NCBI GenBank assembly: GCA_045603925.1
Contig: JAZUNB010000011.1
Span: forward strand, 1,734 to 65,733
Source of the DNA: Eubacteriales bacterium
Lineage (GTDB): Bacteria > Bacillota > Clostridia > Oscillospirales > QAKW01
Direction: 5' to 3'
DNA: 64,000 nt
The notes beneath the pieces are model-generated. The model saw only the letters and a program-made list of their open reading frames with translations, had not been told where the DNA came from and searched no databases. Positions 53,279-61,855 of this stretch are shown one piece after another (within the stretch, counting starts at the first letter, position 1; each line of letters begins with the position of its first letter). The position numbers and the translations under genes were made by a program.

Positions 53279-53877
53279 ACCAATGCTTCTTCAGCGGCAG
53301 GGGCCTCCGCTTCGCTTAAAACATCATCGAAAGACTGCTGACCTTCCACTTCATCACCGGGCAGTTCCAGACGAGGAAGCTCCGGAAGCTGCTCCAACGA
53401 CTGCAGGCCGAAGCAACGCAGAAAGTCTGCTGTTGTACCGTAAAGCCAGGGTCTTCCGGGGGCATCCATTCTGCCCTTTTCCTCGATCAGGCCTTTTTCC
53501 ACCAAGGCATTGATTCCGTAAAAACAGTCCACACCGCGGATCTGCTCCACATAGGCTTTGGTTACCGGTTGATTATAGGCAACAATCGATAAGATCTCCA
53601 AAGCCGCATTGGAAAGCGGGGTGTTCCGCCGATGATCCAACGCTTTTTTGGTGATCTCTCCGTAATAAGGAGAAGAGCACATTTGATAGGTATTATCCAA
53701 TTTCAAAATCTCAAAGCCGCGGTTTTCATTCTTATAACTCTCGCGAAGCTCATCGATGATCATATCCACCCGCTCCCCTTCGATCTCAAGGACCTCTGCG
53801 ATCTTCTTCCGCTCAATGGGCTCGCCGCTGGCAAAAAGGATGGATTCAACCGCTCCGCTGATATAATTCAATTCCAT
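53275..53877 (-). CDS. scpB: segregation and condensation protein B
   Basis: The start is taken at MELNYISGAVESILFASGEPI, next to the scpA stop. Winged-helix repeats are present. Confidence 0.9.
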   Translation of the reverse strand: MELNYISGAVESILFASGEPIERKKIAEVLEIEGERVDMIIDELRESYKNENRGFEILKLDNTYQMCSSPYYGEITKKALDHRRNTPLSNAALEILSIVAYNQPVTKAYVEQIRGVDCFYGINALVEKGLIEEKGRMDAPGRPWLYGTTADFLRCFGLQSLEQLPELPRLELPGDEVEGQQSFDDVLSEAEAPAAEEALV

Positions 53878-53878
53878 A

Positions 53879-54592
53879 TTACTTCTCCTTCTTGAAGGTG
53901 AGATAGAGATCATCGCTTCGGGTTTCCATCTCCACATGCTTGGATTTGGAAAGCTCCAGCACTGCTAAAAAGGTTGCCACAATCTCCGAGCGATTCTTCG
54001 CCGATTTAAACAAACTGCGGAAACTGCAGGTCACCTGCCGCTTCAGCATCCGCAATACACCCAAAATACGGGCAGGTACACTGGCAATCTGCCTGCCGAC
54101 GATTCCTTGAAAACTCTTGATCGGCGGGGGCAGTGCGCGTGCACTGCGCCGCAATACATTGCGATAAGCCTCGGTCAGGGTATCGGTTTCATAGGTCAAT
54201 TTATGCTTCTTATCAAAATCCAGATGCTCTGTGCGGCGCACATATGTAATACCCGCATTTTTCTGATCTTCCCGCAGTTTGCCGAGGATCGCCTTATAGC
54301 GCTTATATTCCGCCAGAGCCTCCGCAAGACTCATCCGAGGATCTTCTTCCTCTTCCTCTGCCTTGGGAAGCAGCATCCGCGATTTGATCAGCATCAACTG
54401 CGCGGCCATCTCAATAAAAGCGCTGGAGACCTCAAGATCCATCTTTTTCAGATCCTCAATATACTCCATATATTGCTCCAGGATCAGCGAAATGGGGATA
54501 TCATAAATTGAAACCTTGTTCTTGGAGATCAGATGAAGCAATAGCTCCAAGGGACCGTCAAAAACCTCTAAAGAAAACTTCAGTTGTTCCAT
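53879..54592 (-). CDS. scpA: segregation and condensation protein A (kleisin)
   Basis: 237 aa with FDGPLELLLHLI at the N-terminus. Confidence 0.9.
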   Translation of the reverse strand: MEQLKFSLEVFDGPLELLLHLISKNKVSIYDIPISLILEQYMEYIEDLKKMDLEVSSAFIEMAAQLMLIKSRMLLPKAEEEEEDPRMSLAEALAEYKRYKAILGKLREDQKNAGITYVRRTEHLDFDKKHKLTYETDTLTEAYRNVLRRSARALPPPIKSFQGIVGRQIASVPARILGVLRMLKRQVTCSFRSLFKSAKNRSEIVATFLAVLELSKSKHVEMETRSDDLYLTFKKEK

Positions 54593-54601
54593 TCTAACTC
54601 C

Positions 54602-55255
54602 TTATAAAAACCAAAATACCATTGACCATAAGCGCAACAGCAGGTTTAATACGCCGCTTTGAACGGCGCCGATCACCGCGCCGACAATATCGGGGATCGG
54701 CAAAAATTCCGGCAGGATCAATACTGCCATAAAAATCAACTGCACCGTTTGGGCATTTCGCGCCATAAAGGATGCATAATTCGGCGAGAAATAGCTGACC
54801 ACCCGCGAACCGTCGAAGGGATGAACGGGGATCAGGTTAAAGACCGCCAAGCCAACATTCAGCAATACCATATACATCAAGAACATCACTAAAAAACGGG
54901 GTGCTCCCAGGGTAATGGAAAGATACAGCAGCAAAGAAGAAAGGGCGCAAAGACAAAGGTTGGAAACAGGCCCTGCAATGGCGGTATAAAGCATTCCCTT
55001 GCGTGGATTTTCAAAATACATGGGATTTACCCGAACCGGCTTGGCCCAGCCGAAATGAACGATCAGCATCACAAGAAAGCCAAAAAGATCAATGTGACGC
55101 AAGGGATTTAAAGAAAGCCGACCGTCCTCTTTCGGGGTGGGATCCCCCAGTCGGGTCGCCATCCAGGCATGGGAGAATTCATGCACCGTCAGAGAAAGAG
55201 CAACTGCCGGTATCAGATAAATGTAATCGGAAATATATGACAAAATATTATTCAT
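54602..55255 (-). CDS. M50 site-2-protease-family membrane metalloprotease
   Basis: HEFSHA (HExxH) and NLIPVHPFDGS motifs are present. The start is taken at MNNILSY, overlapping the engB stop. Confidence 0.8.
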   Translation of the reverse strand: MNNILSYISDYIYLIPAVALSLTVHEFSHAWMATRLGDPTPKEDGRLSLNPLRHIDLFGFLVMLIVHFGWAKPVRVNPMYFENPRKGMLYTAIAGPVSNLCLCALSSLLLYLSITLGAPRFLVMFLMYMVLLNVGLAVFNLIPVHPFDGSRVVSYFSPNYASFMARNAQTVQLIFMAVLILPEFLPIPDIVGAVIGAVQSGVLNLLLRLWSMVFWFL

Positions 55256-55850
55256 TCTGCGCCCCTTCGGCAATGGCGGAAAGCATTGCCACCAATTCCT
55301 CCCGCCCCATACGGGTCTTGGAGGAAAATGCAACGATCCGCTCCGGATTTAAATCGGCATAGATCTCCTTCAATGCCGCAAGATTCTCAGAGACCGCTGT
55401 TTTGGAAAGCTTATCGGCCTTGGTGGCAACGATCCAATAAGGGATCCCCGCCTCTTCTAAAAAGGCCGCCATATCCAGATCATCCGCGGTAGGCTTATGG
55501 CGAAGATCCACCAGCGAGACCGCCAGCTTCTTATCTCCCGCGAAGGAGAAATAAGCCTCCATAAAGCGCGCCCATTTTTCCTTCTCCTTTTGGGAGACGC
55601 GGGCATACCCATAGCCCGGAAGATCCACCAAAAAAAGCTTTCGGTCGATCTCATAGTAATTAACGGTTGCCGTTTTGCCGGGTTTTTCAGAGGTGCGCGC
55701 CATAGACTTTCTGCCCAAAAGACAGTTGATCATAGAGCTTTTTCCAACATTGGAGCGCCCGCAGAATAACACCTCCGGCAAGCCGGTTTGAAATTGAGAA
55801 GGTTTAACCGCAGAGATCCGCAGTTGAACCTGCTGAAGATTTAAACCCAT
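55248..55850 (-). CDS. engB: ribosome-biogenesis GTPase YsxC/EngB
   Basis: G1 motif GRSNVGKSS, then DLPGYG and TKADK. The start is taken at the ATG at 55850, overlapping the lon stop. Confidence 0.9.
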   Translation of the reverse strand: MGLNLQQVQLRISAVKPSQFQTGLPEVLFCGRSNVGKSSMINCLLGRKSMARTSEKPGKTATVNYYEIDRKLFLVDLPGYGYARVSQKEKEKWARFMEAYFSFAGDKKLAVSLVDLRHKPTADDLDMAAFLEEAGIPYWIVATKADKLSKTAVSENLAALKEIYADLNPERIVAFSSKTRMGREELVAMLSAIAEGAQNE

Positions 55851-58255
55851 GCTTCCTTCCCCGTTTCCTTTTTGCCCGCCTTTTGGGGAGGGCAAACAAA
55901 AGTTTTCCGCCGTTTCTCACTGATGCCGAGCACGCCCTTTAAGACCTCATCGGCGTGAGAAACCGCCTTAAATGTAATCGCTTTGCGAACAGTCGGATCG
56001 ATCTTTTCCAGATCCGGCAGATTATCCTTGGGGATATAAACGGTCTTGATCCCGTTTTTGTAAGCCGCCATAGTCTTCTCCCGCAAACCGCCGATGGGCA
56101 ATACGCGACCGGTCAGAGTGATCTCGCCGGTCATGGCCACCTGATTGTCTGCAGGGATTCCGGTCAGCGCAGAGCAAACCGCGGTCGCCACCGTAATACC
56201 GGCGCTGGGACCGTCCTTGGGGATGGCACCTTCCGGAAAATGAATATGCAGATCCTTGGTCTTATAAAAATCATAGCTGACATTCATCCGATCTGCCACA
56301 CTGCGCAGATAAGAAACTGCTGTTCGGGCGCTTTCCTTCATCACATCACCCAGGCTGCCGGTCAGCTCCAATTTGCCGCTTCCTTCCAAAACCGAAACCT
56401 CAACAGTCAGCATTTCGCCGCCCACCGAGGTCCAGGCAAGACCGTTTACGATCCCGAAGCAATGGGGATCATATAACGGCTCGTCCTTATACTTTTTGGG
56501 CCCCAGCAAGGATTCCAATTGAGTTGCGCCAACGGTAAGGCTTTTCTTTCCGTTTTCCACGATCTCAAGAGCCGCCTTCCTCATGATCTTACCAACGCAA
56601 CGCTCCAGCTCGCGCACACCGGATTCGCGGGTATACCCTTCGATCAAGGCGCGGATCGCCGCATCGCTGATCTTGATCTGCGCCCCCTTCAAGCCATGCA
56701 TCTTGCGTTGCTTGGGCACCAGATATTGCTTGGCAATATGATATTTTTCCTCATCAAGATAAGAGGAGAGTTCGATCACTTCCATACGGTCCAATAAAGG
56801 CCGCGGAATGGTATTCAAAGAGTTGGCGGTCATAATAAAGAACGCCTGAGAAAGATCCATCGGCACTTCAATGTAATGATCTACATAATTGCAATTCTGC
56901 TCGCTGTCCAAGACTTCTAAAAGCGCAGAAGCCGGATCCCCTCGCAGATCGGAGCACATCTTATCCACTTCATCCAAAAGGATCAGAGGATTACTGCTAC
57001 CCGCTTTAATGACCGCATCGGCGATCCGACCGGGCATTGCACCGATATAGGTTTTCCGATGACCGCGGATCTCCGCCTCATCGTGTACACCGCCAAGGCT
57101 GACCCGCGCCAATTTGCGGTTGGTCGCTTCTGCAATACTGCGGGCAATGGAGGTCTTACCAACACCCGGCGGGCCAACCAGACATAAGATCTGACCGCCC
57201 ACTGCATTCAAAGAACGCACCGCCAAAAACTCCAGCACGCGGGTTTTCACCTCATCCAGACCGTAATGATCTTTTTCAAGGATCGCGCGCGCCGTTTTGA
57301 TATCCATATTCTCCTCGGTGTATACACCGAAAGGAACCTCTAATACAATATCCAGATAATTGCGGATCACCGCGCCCTCATGGGAAAGCGGGGGCATTTT
57401 TGCCATGCGATCCACTTCCTTGGTGAGTTTTTCCTTGATCTCCTCGGAAGCGTTTAAAGCCTCCACCCGATCATAATAAGCAGCGATATCATCACCGTTA
57501 TCATTCTCGCCAAGCTCATCCTGAATCACCCGCATCTGCTCATGGAGATAATAATCCCGCTGATTTGCCTCAATGGATTCTCTTACCCGCGCATGGATCT
57601 CCTGCTCCATTTTCAGCACTTCGATCTCACGGATCAGGATCTCCAGCAAGGCCTCGCATCGCTTCACGGGATCCAGCGTTTCCAAAACCTCCTGCTTATG
57701 CTCCGGAGAAAGCAGGCTTTGGGCGGCGATCTCATCGGCGCAACGCCCAAGATCATTCTCGGTAAAAATCTCAGGCACCCGTTCTTCTCCGAGCTTAGGA
57801 AGCAGGGAAACATAGTTTCCGAATGCCTCTTTCAAGGAGCGAAGGAGAGCCTCGCGCTCGGTAGATTCCGCAGGAGCCTCGATCTCACCAATGGGAAACA
57901 TGATCCCCAAAAACATTTTCTGCTTCTTTTCCGCCTTCAAAAGATCGCATCGGGAAAGACCGCGCACCATCACCCGAACAGCGCCGTCGGGCAATTTGGC
58001 CACCTGCTTGATCTTGGCAAGGGTGGCAATATCGCATAGATCCTTGGTAGTCGGTTCTTCAATACTAAAATCCCGCTGGGAAGCCACAATGATCAAGCCA
58101 TCATGCTTGGCGGCGGCTTCCACTGCGCATACGGAAAAATCGCGGATCACATCCAGCGTGATGGTTGCCCCCGGAAGAACAACGATCCCGCGGGAAGGGA
58201 TCAGCGGATGCTGCTGTAATGTATGATTATTTTCAAGAATACTGATTTCTGCCAT
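55841..58255 (-). CDS. lon: ATP-dependent Lon protease (LonA)
   Basis: 804 aa with Walker A GPPGVGKTS and the catalytic serine block KDGPSAG. Confidence 0.95.
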   Translation of the reverse strand: MAEISILENNHTLQQHPLIPSRGIVVLPGATITLDVIRDFSVCAVEAAAKHDGLIIVASQRDFSIEEPTTKDLCDIATLAKIKQVAKLPDGAVRVMVRGLSRCDLLKAEKKQKMFLGIMFPIGEIEAPAESTEREALLRSLKEAFGNYVSLLPKLGEERVPEIFTENDLGRCADEIAAQSLLSPEHKQEVLETLDPVKRCEALLEILIREIEVLKMEQEIHARVRESIEANQRDYYLHEQMRVIQDELGENDNGDDIAAYYDRVEALNASEEIKEKLTKEVDRMAKMPPLSHEGAVIRNYLDIVLEVPFGVYTEENMDIKTARAILEKDHYGLDEVKTRVLEFLAVRSLNAVGGQILCLVGPPGVGKTSIARSIAEATNRKLARVSLGGVHDEAEIRGHRKTYIGAMPGRIADAVIKAGSSNPLILLDEVDKMCSDLRGDPASALLEVLDSEQNCNYVDHYIEVPMDLSQAFFIMTANSLNTIPRPLLDRMEVIELSSYLDEEKYHIAKQYLVPKQRKMHGLKGAQIKISDAAIRALIEGYTRESGVRELERCVGKIMRKAALEIVENGKKSLTVGATQLESLLGPKKYKDEPLYDPHCFGIVNGLAWTSVGGEMLTVEVSVLEGSGKLELTGSLGDVMKESARTAVSYLRSVADRMNVSYDFYKTKDLHIHFPEGAIPKDGPSAGITVATAVCSALTGIPADNQVAMTGEITLTGRVLPIGGLREKTMAAYKNGIKTVYIPKDNLPDLEKIDPTVRKAITFKAVSHADEVLKGVLGISEKRRKTFVCPPQKAGKKETGKEAWV

Positions 58256-58287
58256 GGTTACTCCTAAGTAAAAATATATACTGCTTT

Positions 58288-58316
58288 ATTATACTAAATA
58301 ATTGTTTAATAATCAA
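58288..58316 (-). promoter_or_regulatory. sigma-A type promoter for lon
   Basis: Minus strand reads TTGATT (58316-58311), a 17-nt spacer, then TATAAT (58293-58288). Confidence 0.5.
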
Positions 58317-58330
58317 GTATTTTTATTGAA

Positions 58331-58372
58331 CAGAAAATGAACAAAAGGCGACGTTAAACCGTCACCTTTTTT
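58331..58372 (-). terminator. rho-independent terminator of the ger operon (stop codon sits in the loop)
   Basis: The stem is ggtgacg / cgtcgcc in minus sense, with one G-U that would be a C-A mismatch in plus sense. It is extended by A/U pairs and followed by TTTTGTTCATTTT. Confidence 0.5.
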
Positions 58373-59091
58373 GTCATTTGATCTTGAAAATGTCCGAAAA
58401 AATGCGCCGCGCGCAGCATTCCCGTCCCATAGTAAAGTCCGATAATGATCCCTTCCAGATGATGAAATGCCGAAACAGACACGCCCGACCATACAGCAAG
58501 ATAAGGATATTCCGCCATAGAACACGCCCCCGAGCCCAAAGCCAGATACGCCGCCACCCCAAAAGGAATCAGCAAAATGCCGAGGGCAAGCGGCGCCGCG
58601 CGATAATCTTTTCCCAAGCTCATCGGCTCCAAAAAAGCAAGCAGATAAAAGATCAGAATATCCCCCCAATGTCCCATAGGCGGAAGCTCCTGCCTCCAGC
58701 GTGCGCCGCCAAGAGTCGCCACCGACATTGCCGCAAAAATGATCAGGAATACTGTCATCCACCAACCCGAGATGCGCTCCAATTCACCGAAGCGGGTCTG
58801 TACCCCCATCATCCCTATGGCCAGCGTAAGGCAGAGCAAAGCAACCAGTCCTTTTCCCTCAAAAAGCCCGTAGGATGCAACATAGGCTGTAAGAAAAACC
58901 GAAAACAATGCGCAGATTCCGTTCAACCAAAGGATCTTATCCCTCTGCATTTTACTCCAATAGCAATACAAAAGGCCGAGAGGAATCAACGGCAGGATCG
59001 CCGGGAAGGAAATATCTTTTAATACAAACCAGCCAAAAGCCGCGGTTTCGCTCAGCATCAATAAGGAACTACGAAATAATCTCATACCCAC
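58354..59091 (-). CDS. polytopic membrane protein in the GerAB position of the ger operon (short, 245 aa)
   Basis: About 7-8 TM helices. It overlaps the upstream gene by 23 nt. The assignment to the GerAB/APC-like family is positional only. Confidence 0.4.
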   Translation of the reverse strand: MGMRLFRSSLLMLSETAAFGWFVLKDISFPAILPLIPLGLLYCYWSKMQRDKILWLNGICALFSVFLTAYVASYGLFEGKGLVALLCLTLAIGMMGVQTRFGELERISGWWMTVFLIIFAAMSVATLGGARWRQELPPMGHWGDILIFYLLAFLEPMSLGKDYRAAPLALGILLIPFGVAAYLALGSGACSMAEYPYLAVWSGVSVSAFHHLEGIIIGLYYGTGMLRAAHFFGHFQDQMTKKVTV

Positions 59092-59635
59092 CCTTTCCGC
59101 GAATGAAAACCCGCTCGCCGATACTGTTCATCAGATTTTTTACCGTCTGGACCCGGTTTATGCTTTTACTGCTTTGGGCAAGAGCGGTTGAGATCACCGC
59201 CCCTTCCCCTTCAAAGACCTCTCCCGCCGATTGCCTGAAAGCAAAGAACACCGACAGATCCATATGGTTATTCTTTAGCAAACGAAAATACTCAAATACC
59301 CGCGGCATCAAAAAAGCATCGGAGCGTCCCTCGATCACCAATGCCGCCGCATCATTCACAAACAGTGTATCACCGCTCCTGAATTGAACATTTTCGATGC
59401 ATTCTTCCAAAGTGTCACCATAGCCGACCACCGTTTTTCGTTTCATGCCGATCACATCATCCACCGCAGGAACATACAGCTCAAAGGTCGCCCGAATCCG
59501 ACCGTTTTCTTCATCCAAAGCAATTCCGGCAACCTGCGCTGTCTTTTTAAGATCCCGCCGCGGCAGGAAAAGAGAACCAACTACCGCGATCAGCAAAAAC
59601 ACCGCTGTTAGTATACGGTAGATTCGTATGATCAT
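59069..59635 (-). CDS. GerAC-like protein, N-terminal domain only (188 aa, TM-anchored, no lipobox)
   Basis: DLKKTAQVAGIALDEENGRIRATFELYVP resembles the Ger(x)C N-terminal signature (aiGiD...g...v). Canonical Ger(x)C proteins are about 370 aa and have a lipobox cysteine. Confidence 0.5.
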   Translation of the reverse strand: MIIRIYRILTAVFLLIAVVGSLFLPRRDLKKTAQVAGIALDEENGRIRATFELYVPAVDDVIGMKRKTVVGYGDTLEECIENVQFRSGDTLFVNDAAALVIEGRSDAFLMPRVFEYFRLLKNNHMDLSVFFAFRQSAGEVFEGEGAVISTALAQSSKSINRVQTVKNLMNSIGERVFIRGKGGYEIIS

Positions 59636-61065
59636 CGCTGTCTCCTTTCATTTTCGGTAAAGCGGTTTTGGCGACGGAGCATCTGCCAATAGGGGGCGCG
59701 AATAAGGGTATCCTGGTTGCCCTCCCGCCGATCCAAGGTATAGAGAAAAGGAACGCCCAGCGATTCCATTTTTGCCAGATGAAACAACGTCCATACCGCC
59801 ACCGCAATAACCCCTGCCAAGCCAAATACTGCGCCAAACAAAATGGTAGCTGATCGCAGATAAAACACCGCGCCCTTCAGATCCTTTACCATCAATCCGG
59901 TCACGCCTGAAAAAGCAACAATAATGACCATGGGAGTAGAAACAATATTGCTGGAGACCGCCGCATCGCCCAAAATCACCGCGCCCACAACATTCAGCGC
60001 CAAACCTAATCCTGCAGGCATTCGGGTTCCTGTTTCTCTTAAGATCTCAAAAGCAAAAAACAACAGCACCATTTCCGTAACGGTTTTAATAGGAACCCCC
60101 GCCGAGGAGGCCATAACCGTATAAAGCCAATGAGCCGGAAGCACCCCCGGGTTAAAGTTTACCACTGCCAGATAGAACCCCGGAAAGAAGACCGCGCTGA
60201 TAAAGCCCACAAAGCGTAAAAAACGCCCGATATTGGCGTATAAAAAATTCTGGTAATAGTCGTCGGGACTTTGAAAGCCTTCGGCAAAAACATAAGGGAG
60301 GGTGATGACAACAGGGGAACCGTCTAAGATGACCCCAACACGCCCTTCCAACAGTTTAGCCGCCAGAACATCGGGACGAGAGGTCTTCCCCACCGTTTTA
60401 AAAACAGCGCGCGGATGATCGCGTATCAGCTCTGCCAGAATATTCCCGTCCGGCACAAAATCGATATCGATCTGTTCCAGCCGCTTCTTCAGGCGCTCCA
60501 CCGTTTCCGCCCGCACAACTCCATCCAGATAGCAGATCGCCGCTTTATTATTACATCGACCGCTGACAACAGTAAACTCGCATTTCAGTTGAGGCGTTGC
60601 GATCCGCTTTTTCAAAAGCGCAAGATTGGCCATAATATTTTCCGTAAAGCCATCCTCGGGGCCAAGGAGAGAGATCTCCGTTTCCGGCACCTTAGTACTA
60701 CGGGTGGGAATCCCCTTGGCATCAATGATGATGCACCGCGGGGCATCTCCGATCAAGATCACGCAATCACCGGAACCGATCTGGACCATCGCCTTCATGG
60801 GATCATCGGAAATCTCGACCGTATGATTTCCGATGCCCCCTGCCAGCGCCCCTTCGGGAGTCGGTTCATACTGTTGGGTTGCCAAAGGGCGGATCACATC
60901 CCGATCTACCACATCATTACTGACCATCGCACCGGAAAGCAACGCAACAATCGGCAGATCCGCAAAATTCGGATTGCAGATCGGCTTGATCTTAAAAGTG
61001 CCGTCCCGTTCAAATGCGTCCTGAAACAGTTTTAAATTTTTTGAAAAATTTTTCTCAAACTCCAT
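59632..61065 (-). CDS. spore germination protein, GerA/GerKA (A-subunit) family
   Basis: 477 aa. A soluble N-terminal domain is followed by the conserved membrane domain (FYQNFLYANIGRFLRF...). Confidence 0.85.
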   Translation of the reverse strand: MEFEKNFSKNLKLFQDAFERDGTFKIKPICNPNFADLPIVALLSGAMVSNDVVDRDVIRPLATQQYEPTPEGALAGGIGNHTVEISDDPMKAMVQIGSGDCVILIGDAPRCIIIDAKGIPTRSTKVPETEISLLGPEDGFTENIMANLALLKKRIATPQLKCEFTVVSGRCNNKAAICYLDGVVRAETVERLKKRLEQIDIDFVPDGNILAELIRDHPRAVFKTVGKTSRPDVLAAKLLEGRVGVILDGSPVVITLPYVFAEGFQSPDDYYQNFLYANIGRFLRFVGFISAVFFPGFYLAVVNFNPGVLPAHWLYTVMASSAGVPIKTVTEMVLLFFAFEILRETGTRMPAGLGLALNVVGAVILGDAAVSSNIVSTPMVIIVAFSGVTGLMVKDLKGAVFYLRSATILFGAVFGLAGVIAVAVWTLFHLAKMESLGVPFLYTLDRREGNQDTLIRAPYWQMLRRQNRFTENERRQR

Positions 61066-61125
61066 TCCTCGCTCCTTCTACCTTCATTATCGGCAGAAAT
61101 CACTGAATTATTACACTCTGCCGAC

Positions 61126-61154
61126 TTGAAAAATTCCGCTTCTTCGGTTAAAAT
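61126..61154 (+). promoter_or_regulatory. sigma-A type promoter for the HAD hydrolase gene
   Basis: TTGAAA (61126-61131), a 17-nt spacer, then TAAAAT (61149-61154). AGGAGG precedes the ATG at 61176. Confidence 0.5.
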
Positions 61155-61175
61155 GAAGAAAAAGGAGGCCTCAAT

Positions 61176-61808
61176 ATGAGATTTGAAAACTATTTATTCG
61201 ATCTGGACGGTACTCTTACCGATCCCGCTCTCGGCATTACCAACTCCATCCTCTATGCCTTGGAGAAAAAAGGATATCCGTTGCCTCCTCGCGAAGAGCT
61301 TTTCCCCTTTATCGGCCCCCCGCTGGTAGATTCCTTTCGGAGCTATTGCAATATTTCCACCGAAGAAGCGCGGATGATGGTAGATATCTATCGGGAATAT
61401 TTTTCCACCAAAGGACTGTTTGAAAACACTGTATATGAAAACATCCCCTTAGTATTGAAAAGCCTCATAGAACGCGGGATCCGCCTTTATGTTGCCACCA
61501 GCAAGCCGGAACCTTTCGCCAAGCAGATTCTGGATCACTTTGACCTCAGTCAATATTTCACCTTCATCGGCGGAAGCACCATGGAAGAAACCCGCACTAA
61601 AAAAGAAGATGTGATCCAATATGTTTTGGATACCAACCGATTAGACCCCGCCAAAACCTTAATGGTCGGCGATCGCATCTATGATGTGGAAGGCGCTCAC
61701 CAACGAGGCCTTTTTGCGGTGGGCGTGCTTTACGGCTACGGAAATCAAGAAGAACTCTCCCCTGCCGACTGTATTGTTTCAACCCCCTTAGAATTACTTG
61801 AAATCTAA
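61176..61808 (+). CDS. HAD-IA family hydrolase (phosphoglycolate phosphatase / 5'-nucleotidase-like)
   Basis: 210 aa with motif I FDLDGTLTD, motif II TSK and motif IV GDRIYD. Confidence 0.85.
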   Translation: MRFENYLFDLDGTLTDPALGITNSILYALEKKGYPLPPREELFPFIGPPLVDSFRSYCNISTEEARMMVDIYREYFSTKGLFENTVYENIPLVLKSLIERGIRLYVATSKPEPFAKQILDHFDLSQYFTFIGGSTMEETRTKKEDVIQYVLDTNRLDPAKTLMVGDRIYDVEGAHQRGLFAVGVLYGYGNQEELSPADCIVSTPLELLEI

Positions 61809-61841
61809 ATAAAAAGAACCTCCTGCCAAGCAGGAGGTTCT
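61809..61841. terminator. shared terminator between the convergent HAD and ATPase genes
   Basis: 11-bp stem gaacctcctgc (61816-61826) / gcaggaggttc (61830-61840). The U-tract is good in minus sense (TTTTTATTT) and weaker in plus sense. Confidence 0.6.
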
Positions 61842-61855
61842 CGCTTTATAATGGG

